Positions 10,870 through 24,065 of a DNA stretch of 32,000 nucleotides are shown here, piece by piece. Location of the stretch: assembly GCF_000008305.1 (NCBI RefSeq), contig NC_006055.1:660001-692000 (forward strand). Reading direction: 5' to 3'. The notes beneath the pieces were generated by a model, which was not told the DNA's origin, made no database searches, and saw only the letters and a list, made by a program, of their open reading frames with translations. Origin of the DNA: Mesoplasma florum L1 (GTDB lineage: Bacteria; Bacillota_I; Bacilli_A; Mycoplasmatales; Mycoplasmataceae). The position numbers and the translations under genes were made by a program. Every line of letters starts with the position of its first letter. Position 1 is the first letter of the stretch.

Positions 10870-11556
10870 ATGGATAAAAAATATAAGTTATGAAATTATA
10901 AATATGATTTTTCAGAAATAAACTTAAAGAATTGAAAAGAAGTATTAAAAGATACTTTTAAACTTAATACTAGAAAAATAGCTTTGCTTTCAATGTTATT
11001 TGCAATTGAAATATTGATGACTATAATTTCTAAAGTTATTATGGGTCTAGCTATTCCAATGATTGTTGGTGTTTACACAATCGAGATTTCTTTCTTTGTC
11101 ATACTAATTATATATTTATGTTCTAACTACATATATGCATCTATATTGTCCATTACTGCGATTTGATTTAGATTATTATTAGGTAGTGAACCTGTAGGTT
11201 TACTTTCAATGATGATTTCAGATACAGCTTTTTTAACAATTTTTGCAGTTTTATTTTTCATCTTAAAAAAATTTATATTTTTAAAGTTTAAATTTAAAAA
11301 TCAAATAAAAATTCTTATTGCTTTAATTTGTTTTGCTGGTTTAATATCTATGATTGGATCAGGTTTTATTTCAATGTTGTGTAATGATAAATTTATTTTT
11401 GAAATGTATTATTTATCTGATGATGGTAGCGGTTATTGAAAAATGCTTTTATGAGTTGGATTTGGTGTAACTTTAGCTAAATATAGTATCAATATTTTGC
11501 TCTTTGCTTCAACGTTAAAGGTTTTATTAATTTTAATTAAACAATCTAGAGTATAA
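10870..11556 (+). CDS. ribU: ECF transporter S component, riboflavin (RibU-like)
   Basis: Six-TM S-component-like sequence (MDKKYKLWNYK...[44 protein letters not shown]...); SD AAAGGAGG; directly downstream of the FMN riboswitch. Confidence 0.78.
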
Positions 11557-11595
11557 GAAAAACAGACTCATGTCTGTTTTTTATATATTAATTAA

Positions 11596-12810
11596 TTATT
11601 TGTTTTGGATTGCAGCAATTCCAGGTAATTCTTTACCTTCCATATATTCTAATGAAGCTCCACCACCTGTAGAAATTCATGAGAATTCATCTTTGAATCC
11701 TAATTTAATTGCAGCTGCAGCTGAGTCTCCTCCACCAATTAAAGTGAAACCTCCATCAGCTTTACGTTTTGCAGCAGCTTCACAAACAGCAACAGTACCA
11801 GCTTTGAAGTTTTCAAATTCACTAACTCCCATTGGTCCATTTCAAACAACAGTTTTTGCGTTTGCTAATTCTTTTTCATACATTTCAATAGTTTTTGGTC
11901 CGATATCTAATCCCATCATTCCTGCTGGAACATTTTCTCCACATAATGTTGGAGCAACATCAGCATATTCAGGAGCACATAAACTATCAACAGGTAACAT
12001 TATTTTTCCATTAGCTTTTTCTAAGTATTCTTTAGCCAATTCAACTTTATCAGCTTCTAATAATGAGTTACCAATTTCTAATCCCATTGCTTTATGGAAT
12101 GTATAAGTCATACCTCCACCAATTAAAATTTTGTCAACTTTAGTTAAAAGGTTATCAATAACACCAATTTTGTCAGAAACTTTTGCTCCTCCTAAAATTG
12201 CAACAAAAGGTCTTTCAGGTGCGTCTATTCCTTTACCTAACATTTCAATTTCATTTTGAACTAAGAAACCTAATGCTGATTCAGAAATGTTTGAAGCTAT
12301 ACCAACGTTTGAAGCATGAGCACGGTGTGCAGTACCAAATGCATCATTAATAAATACATCTCCAAGGCTTGCTCAGTATTTTCCTAATTCTGGATCATTT
12401 TTTGATTCAGCTTTAACTACTTCACCATCTTTTACATCTTCGAAACGAGTGTTTTCAAATAATAAAACTTCTTTTTCATTTAATGCATTAATTGCAGTTT
12501 CTAATTCAGTTCCTCTTGTTTGGTTAACAAAGTTTACTGATTGTGCTAAAACTTCTTCCAATCTTTTTGCTACTGGAGCTAATGATTTAGTTTTTTTGTC
12601 ATCTTCACTTTTAATTCTTGATAAGTGTGAAAATAAGATAACTTTTGCGCCATTTTCAACTAAATATTTAATTGTTGGTAATGCTGCTTGAATACGATTG
12701 TCATCAGTAATAACTCCATCTTTTAATGGAACATTAAAGTCAACACGAACTAAAACTTTTTTTCCTTTTACATTAATATCTTTTAATGTTTTTTTCAAAT
12801 TGTAATTCAT
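11596..12810 (-). CDS. pgk: phosphoglycerate kinase
   Basis: [40 protein letters not shown]...ILFSHLSR...[18 protein letters not shown]; ORFs 12373-12810 and 11842-12243 are in frame. Confidence 0.97.
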
Positions 12811-12883
12811 TTTATTCTCCTCTTTTTCTTTACAATATATATTTTAACTCTTTTATATAAATTATTAAATTAATAACAAAAAA

Positions 12884-12903
12884 AATACCCCGAAGGGTAT
12901 TTA
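12884..12903 (-). terminator. intrinsic terminator of gap
   Basis: Minus strand AATACCC-TTCG-GGGTATT followed by T-run (UUCG tetraloop). Confidence 0.85.
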
Positions 12904-12922
12904 AATTTATTAATTCTAGGAA

Positions 12923-13936
<1,014 letters not shown>

Positions 13937-13988
13937 ATATTTTATCCTCTCTTGTAATATCTATACATTAATAATTTTACACTCTTAA

Positions 13989-14040
13989 ATAAAAAAGAAC
14001 AAATTTTTCAAAAAAAATCTTTGAAAAATTATGTTCTTTT
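13989..14040 (-). terminator. long AT-rich intrinsic terminator at the end of dnaI
   Basis: Minus strand AAAAGAACATAATTTTTCAAAG...TTTGAAAAATTTGTTCTTTTTT, near-perfect inverted repeat followed by T-rich sequence. Confidence 0.65.
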
Positions 14041-14964
14041 AGATTGTTTTCCCATTAGTGTTACAAATGTTGTTAAAGTTGTTATTCTTTCTTTTAGTCT
14101 AGCCACTTTCATAACTTCAATTTCTTTATTATTTTTATTTATATTATAAATTTTATCTAGTTCATAAAACGTAAAATTTGATGACATGAAAGTGAGTTTT
14201 TTTCTATTCATTCTGTAATTCAAAATTATATATCATAAATTATCTCTTGTTCAGCTTGAAACCATTTCACCAGCAAAGTCATCTATGAATAAAATGTCAG
14301 CTTTTTTCATTTGATCAATATATGGAATAGAAGAATTAGAGTTTTTACTAAACTGTTCCTTGCATTTTTCTATTATATCTGGTGCTGTGCAAAAGAATAC
14401 TTTGGCATCTCTTTTTGCTGCTTCATTGGCTAATGTTTTTAACATTGTTGTTTTACCAATACCAGGATTACCATGTAAATAAACTCCCTTAATATTTGTT
14501 CGATCAATATTTTTTATGTCTTTAATATAATCAACAACTAATTTTCCCGAATTTTTTATTATCAATTCTCGCTCTTGAATTTCTTCAGCACTAAAGAAGT
14601 TTTCAGTTTTTAAATCTTCTAAATAATTCTTTACTGTCTTAGGAAATGCATCTACACTAAAGTCTTTATAAATATAATTGTTTTTAATTGTTTGATTTTT
14701 ATTTTCATATAGAAAATGAGTACACGGTGAAGAACTTAAATAAAAGTTTGAATTTTTAAAAGTTAAATTCAATTGTCGTCCCCTAATTCTTTGCTTACAT
14801 TCCTTTATTGGACCAGTTGAACATTCTGTATAGTCGGATACAAATTCAAATAAAATAATAAAATTTTGCTTTAAAACTTCATCTGTTATTTCATGAGATT
14901 CATTTTTGCTATTTTCAATTAAATTTGCAATAACTTTATTATCTTTAAAAATTTGAATATCCAT
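14029..14964 (-). CDS. dnaI: primosomal protein DnaI-like helicase loader (AAA+ ATPase)
   Basis: Walker A GVYLHGNPGIGKTTML, Walker B ILFIDDFAGEM; ORFs 14251-14964 and 14029-14223 in frame; adjacent to the DnaB-type initiation gene. Confidence 0.85.
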
Positions 14965-14971
14965 ATTCGAC

Positions 14972-16156
14972 CTACCATTCTATATCTATATTTTGTTCCA
15001 TTACGAATTCTGTTGTTTGCTGGTTAGCATATGTATAATTTTGATCTTCAGTATTTTTATCAGTTTTTTTGCTAACATTTTTTAAATATGTATAAAGTTC
15101 TTTTGTTGTAGAAATTTGTTTGTTTTTTAAAGATTCAACTATTTTTACAACATAGTTATAAATAAATTTTTTATTATTTTTCAAGTATGAATAACTAATC
15201 AAACAGTTTAATATTCCATCAGATAAGTTGTATTTTGTTTTAAGTGAACTAATGATATCAATAACATTTTGATCTGCTTCAACGTCCATACATTTATTAT
15301 AGAATGTAAGTCATTCTGTAGAATTGAAACTGTTAATAATATTTATGTCATCATCTGATAAATCGTTTCCAAAAGTTTTTCTTATAAATTCTTTTGATAT
15401 AGCTTTAAACTCAATATTTAAAGCTATTCAATCAATTTCTTTAATTGACTTTTTATAGTGATTTACTAATAGTTCAGCTATAAATTCTATACTAAATTCT
15501 TTTTTTAGTAGGAGAGCATCTAAATTTGATTTTACGCTTTCATTAAATTCTATTAAAACACCTTTTTTTGTCAAAATGTTATTTAATTCAAATAGGTTAA
15601 GCATTTCATCACAAATATAAACATCTTTTTTTATTGTTTCAACAGCTTGTTCAATATCAATTAAATCTAATTCGTTATCTTCATTGTTTTCAAACATATC
15701 TTCAACTTCATAATCTAGATCATCAATATTAAATTCTTTATTTTTAAATTGTAAATGTGCTAGTTCAAAGTTTTCTTCACCAACTTTTTTTAGCAGTCAT
15801 CCTCTTGTGGCTTGATTCTCAAAGAATTGCTTTGGAGACAACGGTAAGTTTACTACAATTGCCATGTTTCCACTTTTTTTAGATTTAAAACATTTAATCA
15901 ATTTTAGTTTTGAAAGTTTCCCTAAATTTTTCTTTAACTGTTTTTCAGGTGATGCTGTTATTAATGCTATTCTTTCTAAAGTAAAAGGTGACGAATTCAA
16001 TTTTTTACTTCAGTTGCTTTCTAATATTAAAGTATTATATAGTCCAATGGCTGATGAACCTATGATGGGCTGGTATAAATTAAAAAGAACTTCATGATCA
16101 ATTTTTGATAATTCTTTTGATCAGTGAATTAAATACTTACGATTCAAAATGTTCAT
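14972..16156 (-). CDS. replication initiation/membrane attachment protein, DnaB-like (Gram-positive type)
   Basis: Three in-frame ORFs (15797-16000, 15428-15697, 14972-15289); N-terminus MNILNRKYLIHWSKELSKIDHEVLFNLYQPIIGSSAIGLYNTL is typical of Firmicute DnaB/DnaD; immediately upstream of dnaI. Confidence 0.78.
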
Positions 16157-16260
16157 ACCATACCCCCTTGATACAAATATAAATATAAAATAAAAAAATG
16201 TGAAAAAATTAATAATTTATATAGATTTTTTAATTATTTTTTGTTGTGTTTATAAACATT

Positions 16261-16284
16261 AAAAAAAACCTATGTTAAACATAG
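16261..16284 (-). terminator. intrinsic terminator after fpg
   Basis: Minus strand CTATGTTTAACATAGGTTTTTTTT. Confidence 0.75.
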
Positions 16285-16318
16285 ATTTATTTTGTGTTTT
16301 CCACATTTCCACAAAAAG

Positions 16319-17146
16319 CTAGTGTTGACATTTTGCACAAAAGTATGTTCCGCGACCTGCAACTTGTTTTTTTAATATCTTTGTTCCGCAAACAAAGCAT
16401 TTTTCGTCTTTTCTTAAGTGCACTTTTAATTCATGTTGGAATTGACCAGTTTCGCCATCCCCAGATTTATAACTATGAATTGAAGTCCCCTTTAAACTGA
16501 TAGCTTTTTCTAATATTGCATTAGAAAACATGATAATTTTTTTAAGTTCTTCATCTGTTAATGTTTTTGTTATTCTTTCTGGATTAATACCTGCAGCAAA
16601 TAAAATTTCGTTTGCATATATATTACCAATTCCACAAAGAACACTTTGATCTAATATAAAAGCCTTAATTAAGGAATTAGATTTAATTGCTTTTTCTTTT
16701 AGATATTCAAAAGAAGGTTGACTATTTAATGGCTCTGGACCTAATTTATCCATTCCACTTTTTTGTTTATAATTTTTTTTATCTCAAATTTCAATTGTTC
16801 CAAATTTTCTAGAATCATAATATTTTAAATATTCACCATTTGATAGCTCAAATTGCAATCTTAAATGGTTTGCATTATAAATATCTATTTCTTTTTTTGA
16901 AATGCTTCATTTGCCTTCCATTCTCAAATGACTAATAATAATTTGATTTGAAAGTTCAAACATTAAATATTTTCCATAATTTGAAACTTTCAATATTTTT
17001 TGATTTAAAACACTTTTATAAAAGTCTTTAACTTCATTTCTTCAAATCATTTTTTCAAAAAAACATTCTGCTTTTAAAATTGTTGTATTGACTATTCTTT
17101 TATTTAAAAAAACAGCAACCGTTCTAACCTCTGGTAGTTCTGGCAT
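16319..17146 (-). CDS. mutM: formamidopyrimidine-DNA glycosylase
   Basis: MPELPEVRTV N-terminus, YANEILFAAGINP helix-two-turn-helix, C-terminal zinc finger CFVCGTKILKKQVAGRGTYFCAKCQH. Confidence 0.93.
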
Positions 17147-17163
17147 TTTTCCCACTCCTTAAA

Positions 17164-19851
17164 TTATTTTAACTCAAACCAATTATTACCTTTTGACTTG
17201 TTAACTTCAAGTTTAACTTCTATTGGTTGTTCTTCTTTTTGAACTATTTTTGATAAATCAATAAAAGCATTTTGCATGCATTCTTCAACTATTTTGACTG
17301 CTAGTGATTCTTCGCTTTCAAAAATTTCAAAAATGATTTCATCATGAATTTGTGCAGTCATAAAACTTTTAAGATTATTTTCCCTAAATTCTTTATGTAT
17401 ATTATTCATTGCTACTTTTAATATATCAGCAGCAGTCCCTTGAATTGGCATATTTACAGCTATTCTATTTCCAAAGTTTTTTACCATGAAATTCGAAGAC
17501 GCCAATTCATTAACAATTCTTCTTCTGTTTGCGTAAGTTTCAGCATATCCATTAACAGTTGCTTGATTTATTAAACTATTCTTATATGTCATAAGTTTTG
17601 GAAATGAAAGATAATAATCATCAATAAATCTTTTGGCTTCAGGAATTGATATTTTCAAGTCATTACTTAACCCAAAGTCACTTAGACCATATATAATTCC
17701 AAAGTTAAAGACTTTGGCTATTCTTCTTTGATCACTTGTAATTTCTTCATTTTCTTCTAATTTAAATATTTTTCTAGCTGCTTCAGCATGAACATCTCTA
17801 TCATTCTTAAAAATATTTAATAAAGTATCTTCTTGTCCTAACTGGGCCAAAACTCTAAGTTCAATTTGAGAATAATCAAAACTAAAAAACTTTGTATCAT
17901 TATTAGAAATAAATATTTTACGGGCTTCTCTTTGTAATTCATCCTTAACAGATATATTTTGAATATTCGGTTCAGATGAAGACAATCTTCCTGTATTAGT
18001 AAGCGTTTGATTAAATATAGTGTGAACTTTATTATCATCAAAAATAAATTTTTCAAAACCTCTAAGATATGTTGAATATAGTTTATTTAATTTTCTATGT
18101 TCTAATAATAAATTTATAACTGGGTGTAAATGTATTATTTTTTCTAAAGCTTCTTTATCTGTACTTTGTTTTTTATTTGATGGTAAACCAATTTGATCAA
18201 ATAATAATTCTTTAATTTGTTTTGGCGAACCAAAGTTAAAATTTTCGCTTATTTGATCTTTTAATATAACTTTCATTTTCTCTTCTAATTCTTCAATTAA
18301 AAAAAGTGTCCTTGCTGTTTGCTTATCTAATTCAACTTTATCAATTAAAATACCTTTTTGTTCCATATTAAATAAAACTTCAACCAAAGGAAGCTCGATT
18401 TTTTCGTATAGATTAAATTGGTTATTTTCTTTCAATAAATTTATTATTGGTTTGTGTGTTGAATAAAGTAATTCTAACTTTCCAACAATAAATTTTGCTT
18501 TTGATGCAGTATCTATTTCTTTATTTTGTTTTACACCTTTACCATAGAAAAGTTCGTCTTCCTCAACAAATAATTCTGTTTCTACTATATTAGCTAAATT
18601 TTGAATTCTAGAAGTTACATTAGGATTTAAAACATAAGAAGCAATCATTGCATCATAAGTAAAACTAGAAAACGAAAATTTTATATTATTGTTTCTTAAA
18701 AGAGTTACTGTTTTCTTAATGTCATAAGTATTTTTTTTAAAATTATCATTTAAGAAAAATTGTTCAAGCTCTAAATCATTTATTATGTCATTTAAGTAAA
18801 AGAACCCTTTTTCATTACAAATAGCTAATCCTAATATTTGTCCTTTATGATAATTTTCATCTATTGATTCAATATATAAAAAGTTTGTTTCACAAGAAAA
18901 TTCATTATTTCATTTTTTTAATTGATTAAACTTTATTTCTTCTTTGTTAATTTGTTCATCTTTTCCGTTAATATTGCCAACTCTAGTAGATAATCTTTTT
19001 ACTAATGAATTCATTTCATATTTTTCTAAAAAATTAATAAGTCCATTTAGATTTAAATTTATTGGTTCAAAAACCAAATTTTCTATTTCTACTTCACAAT
19101 TTATTGTTGCTATTTCTTTACATAAAATTGCTGAGTCTTTTCCGTTAATAAGTTTTTCTTGTAATTTACCTGATATAGAATCAATATTTTCATATATTCC
19201 TTCTATAGTTTGGAATTCTTTTAATAATTTAATTGCAGTTTTCTCACCAACACCTTCAACTCCTTTAAGATTATCTGAAGGATCACCCATAAGACCTTTT
19301 AAATCAACAACATTTTTTGGAGCTACTTCTCATTTTTCTAATAATTCTGCTTCTCCAAATAATTCTAGATTTGATGTTCCGGTTTTTGGTAATAATATTT
19401 TTGTTTTATCACTAATCAATTGAAACATATCTTTATCACTAGTTAATATTTCAACTTCAAATTCACTAAAATTATTTTCTATAATTTTTGACATGGTTCC
19501 AATTAAATCATCAGCTTCATAGTTTTCTTTTTCTCATCAAGAAATATTTGATGAATCTAAAAATTCTCTAACAATTTGAAATTGGGGAATTAAGTCTTCA
19601 GGAGTTGCTGATCTTCCTGCTTTATAATTTTCTAACTTATCATGTCTGAAAGTTTTCTTTGATTTATCAAAAGCTACTTTTACATCATAATAGTTTCTAT
19701 CACTTATTAAACTAGTTAGCATATTCGCAAAAGAAAAAATTGCATTTGTTGGTATACCGGTTGTTGTTTTTAAAACTGGTCCTGCGTATGCACTTGCATA
19801 ATATGCTCTAAATAATAATGAGTTTCCATCTACTAATAAAATTTTCTTCAT
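17164..19851 (-). CDS. polA: DNA polymerase I, full length (about 895 aa)
   Basis: 5' exonuclease part (MKKILLVDGNSLLFRAYYAS; GDPSDNLKGVEGVGEKTAIKLL) and family A polymerase motifs (FSFDYSQIELRVLAQL; RRIAKVFNFGIIYGLSDFG; MTAQIHDEIIFEI); three ORFs in one frame. Confidence 0.95.
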
Positions 19852-19867
19852 AATTCCCTCTTTTCAA

Positions 19868-22846
19868 TTAAACCGGTTTAACTATAGATTCAAGTATTCC
19901 TGTTATTTTGTTCTTATATTTTTGCGTTCTTATTTTTAAAACGTAATTTTTGTTAGTTACTAAATCATATTGTAAATTTTCAAAGTTTGATGAAAATACT
20001 GTTAAGTCAATTGATTCGGTGTCATCAAAAACAGTTACAAAAGCCATATTTTTTTGATTCTTATCTTTAATAACTCTAATTCCTGAAATTTGACCAATTA
20101 TATTTACGTCATTCATATTTTCAACTAATTTAATAATGTCATTTGGTTTAAAAAACGCATTTTCATTTTTTAATTTTGTTAATGGGTTTGAAGATATGTA
20201 AAAACCAAAAACTTCCTTTTCATAACTTGATTCAACTTCTTCATTTAATTCTTCTTCAAATAAATTTTCTATTTTAGTTTGTTTATCTAATGATATATTT
20301 TCATTGAACGCCATCATAGCACTAAAAATAAAGTCCTTATTAGCTACCATAGTTGATTTATTATAACCAAAACAATCAAAGCTTCCTGCTTTTGCTAATA
20401 AAGTATAATTTGACTCATTTAAACCTTTATTTTTCATATAAAAGAAAAAATTATTTAAGTCATCAAATAAATTTGAGTGTTCTTCATAAACTTTATTTAG
20501 AGTTGCTATAAAATCTCTACCAATACCCTTAATTAAAGTAAGAGGCATGTAAATTCTATTTTCTGAACTTGTGTAATTTAATTTTATTGTGTCTTCAAGT
20601 TTTTTGCTTATTGCAGGCTTCACAGATGGTTTAATAACCTCTATGCCAAATTGTTTTACTTCTTTAATATATCTACTAGTTTTGCTTGGATTACCAACTA
20701 CACCATTTAATAGTGCTGTATAAAATTCAGCTGGATAATGTGCTTTAAATCAAGCCAATCAATAACCAATGTAAGAATATGCTATTGCATGTGATTTGTT
20801 AAAACCATATTTTGCAAATTGTTCAATTCAGTTTCAAATCGCAACAGCTTTTTCATTTGAATAATTATTTGCCATTGCATTATTAATAAATTCATCTTTG
20901 ACTTCCATCATATATTCAATTTGTTTTTTACCCATTGCTCTTCTTACAATATCAGCTTTACCTAATGAAAAATTTCCTACTAATTGTAGTATTTGCATAA
21001 CTTGTTCTTGATATACAATCACACCATAGGTTGGTAATAAGATATTTGCCAGACTTTTATCAATTAAAGACACTCTTCTATTATTCTTGTTGTTTATGTA
21101 ATCTGGTATCATTTCTTGCGGACCAGGTCTGTATAAAGAAGAAGCTGCGGAAATATCATTTATATTATTAACTTTCATATCAATTATTAAATTAGTCATA
21201 CCTTGCGATTCTAGTTGAAATATACCTGTTGTATTTCCTTCTCTAAGAATTTTAAATGTTTTAGCGTCATTTAAATCAATTTTTGAAAGTGTAAAATCTT
21301 CATTGTGATTTTTCTTTACAAGATCTAAAATTTCTTTTAATGTAGTTAAATTTCTTAATCCCAATAAATCCATTTTGATCAAGCCTATATCTTCTAAATA
21401 ATTCATATCAAATTGAGTTTGATATATTCCATTTAATCCTTGTCTGATAGGTAAAACATTTCTCAAATCAGTATCACTTATTATTATACCTGCAGCATGT
21501 GTACCTGTTTGTCTAGGGCAACCTATTAATTTTTCAACAAGTTTAAAGATATTTTTAAATTCAGCTTTTTCACTATATTCTTTTATTAATTTTTGCGTTT
21601 TAAGTATTTCATCAAAACTTAAATAATCATCTGTTAGGGATTTTGTTATAAGATTAACCAAATTCATATCAATTTGATAAATTCTACAAGCATCTCTAAA
21701 AGCTGATTTAAATGCGATTGTTTGATAAGTAACTATTGTTGCAACATTATATTTTCCGTATTTCTCAAATAAATACTCAATAACTTCATCTCTTCTATTA
21801 TCTTGAAAATCTATATCAATATCTGGCATTGTAATACGCTCAGGATTTAAGAATCTTTCAAAAAGTAAATTATATTCAATTGGGTCAATCGTTGTGATTC
21901 TTAATAAAAAGGATACTAAGCTACCTGCTGCACTACCCCTACCAGGGCCAACAATTATGTCATTTCTTCTAGCAAAAGAAACATAGTCATGAACTATCAA
22001 GAAGTAATCTGCAAAACCAGTTTTTTCAATAATGCTTAATTCATGATTTAATCTTTGAATATATTCTTCTTTAATTGGTTCATGTTTAACATTTTTGAAA
22101 TAATGTTGTAATCCTGCTAAACATTTTTGTTTAAGATATGAAAAACTAGGCATATTATCAGGCGCTATAAATTTTGCCATATGTTTCTCATTATCTTCAA
22201 AAATATTAAGATTAACATTATCACTAATATATTTACCTATTTCTTCAGAATTAGGAAAAATTTGAGATATTTCATCTGCATATGGATATGCTTCATTGAT
22301 TTTGTATATCTTATTTGCTTCTGTACTTGTTAAATTGTTTTTTAAAGCAAAAAGACCTTTATAAAGATCTTGTTCATCATCAGAAATATATCTTATAGGG
22401 TTAAAAAATATTTTTTTATCATTTGTATTTATAATTTCTGCATTATTAAAAAATTCATTTTTATTATCAACGTTAGTTATCAAAAAAGAATTATTATCAA
22501 CATATTTTTTTAAAAGATCAAAAATTTCTTCATCATTCAATTTAACATCTTCATTTAAATTCGAAGAAATAATACATGTGTATTTATAAGCTGCTTTATT
22601 TTTTGGAATTAAAGTAATTATTTTTTTATCATTTAATTCAATAGATAATCCAATAATAGGCTTAATGTTTTCTTTTAAGGCTTTTTGAAAAAATTCAGCT
22701 ACCCCATACATAGTTTTATTTTCGCAATAAAATAAATGTTTAAATCCTTCATTTTTCGCAAAAGAAATATAGTCATTAATTTTTATTAATGACTCTTGAA
22801 AATTATAAACACTACGCACATTTATTAGGGGTATGAAATTTGACAT
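19868..22846 (-). CDS. dnaE: DNA polymerase III alpha subunit
   Basis: PHP domain N-terminus, GPGRGSAAGSLVSFLL, PDIDIDFQD, IVTYQT, RQTGTHAAG, STYRPGPQ-like SSLYRPGPQEM motifs. The start is best placed at 22846 (MSNFIPLINVRS) with SD AAGGAGG rather than at 22888. Confidence 0.96.
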
Positions 22847-24048
22847 TAATCCTCCTTGTTGATTTCTTCTGTGAAACTCCCATTTCAAAAAACAAATTTT
22901 TGTATTTTATTTTCCATTGTATAATCCAATAGTTCATTTCATAGAATAGCATTTTCTTGCTGTTCAGCCATTCATTTTTTAGGTTTTGTAACTGGTTGTT
23001 TTGGTACAAATAATGAACATGCATCATCAAAAGGCAAAATAGATGTCTCATAAGATTTAATAAATTTAGAAATTAATATAATTTCTTCTTTATCGTATGT
23101 TAGAACTGGTCTTAAAATAGGCAGTTCACTTGTTGAATTTATTACATCTATACTTTGAATTGTTTGAGAAGCAACTTGTCCTAAACTTTCACCTGTTATT
23201 AAGGCTTCTTGCCCATTTTGTTTGGCTAATTTGTTAGCTATACGCATAAACATTCTTCTCATAATTGTTATTTTGTAGCTTTCTTCTGGCATATGTTGTA
23301 GTTCTTGCAATAACATTGAAAAATCACAAACATAAAGATTAAATTTCTTTGAATTATATTTTGAAACAATTTTTGCAAGTTCAAATACTTTATCTAAAGC
23401 TTCTGGAGAAGTATGCGGTGGTGTCATAAAATGGATGAAATCAACATGCATACCTCTTTTCATTGTTAAGAAAGAAGCAACAGGTGAATCTATTCCACCG
23501 CTTAATAATGAAAGTCCTTTGCCACTAACACCTACAGGCAATCCTTTTAATCCTTGTATTCTTTTTGAAAAAATTTGAATACCATCTTTTTTAACAAGCA
23601 CTTCAATTTTCAAATCCGGATTATGAACATCAACAATAAGATTATCCACAGCCTTAAGAACCATTGGAGCTAGTGCTAACTTTAAGTCTGCACTTGTCAT
23701 TGGAAAACTTTTATCTTTTCTTGTAATTTCTAGTTTAAATCTTTTATATTCAGATTTTTTGGCTATCTCAATGATTTTTTCAGCAATTTTATCTAAATCT
23801 TTTTCACATTTTTCAATCACTGATAATGAATATATACCAAAAACTGTTTTTAATTCTTCAAGAACATCTTCTAATATTTCTTCTTCTGCATCAATAACTA
23901 ATGAATTATTATCTTTAATAAATTTAATTTTTGATTGATCAAATTTTTTTAATTTATATTTTATGTTATCCAAAAGTTTGCTAATAAACATATGTTTATT
24001 ATTCCCTTTTAATGTTAACTCACCATATCTTACTAATATACTTTTCAT
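22846..24048 (-). CDS. thiI: tRNA 4-thiouridine/thiamine biosynthesis sulfurtransferase ThiI
   Basis: MKSILVRYGELTLKGNNK, LSGGIDSPVASFLTMKRG (PP-loop), GESLGQVASQT; with TGA=Trp the frame runs to a TAA overlapping the dnaE ATG (TAATG). Confidence 0.95.
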
Positions 24049-24065
24049 TTTTCCTAATTTCTATT

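Noticed and set aside
16286-16318. TTTTCCACATTTCCACAAAA as possible DnaA-box cluster near replication genes
   Set aside because: Does not match TTATCCACA closely, and there is only one weak site at the 3' end of mutM; not an origin signal.
18944-19423. Plus-strand 159-aa ORF
   Set aside because: Antisense to polA; no recognisable motif and explained by the coding constraint of the opposite strand.
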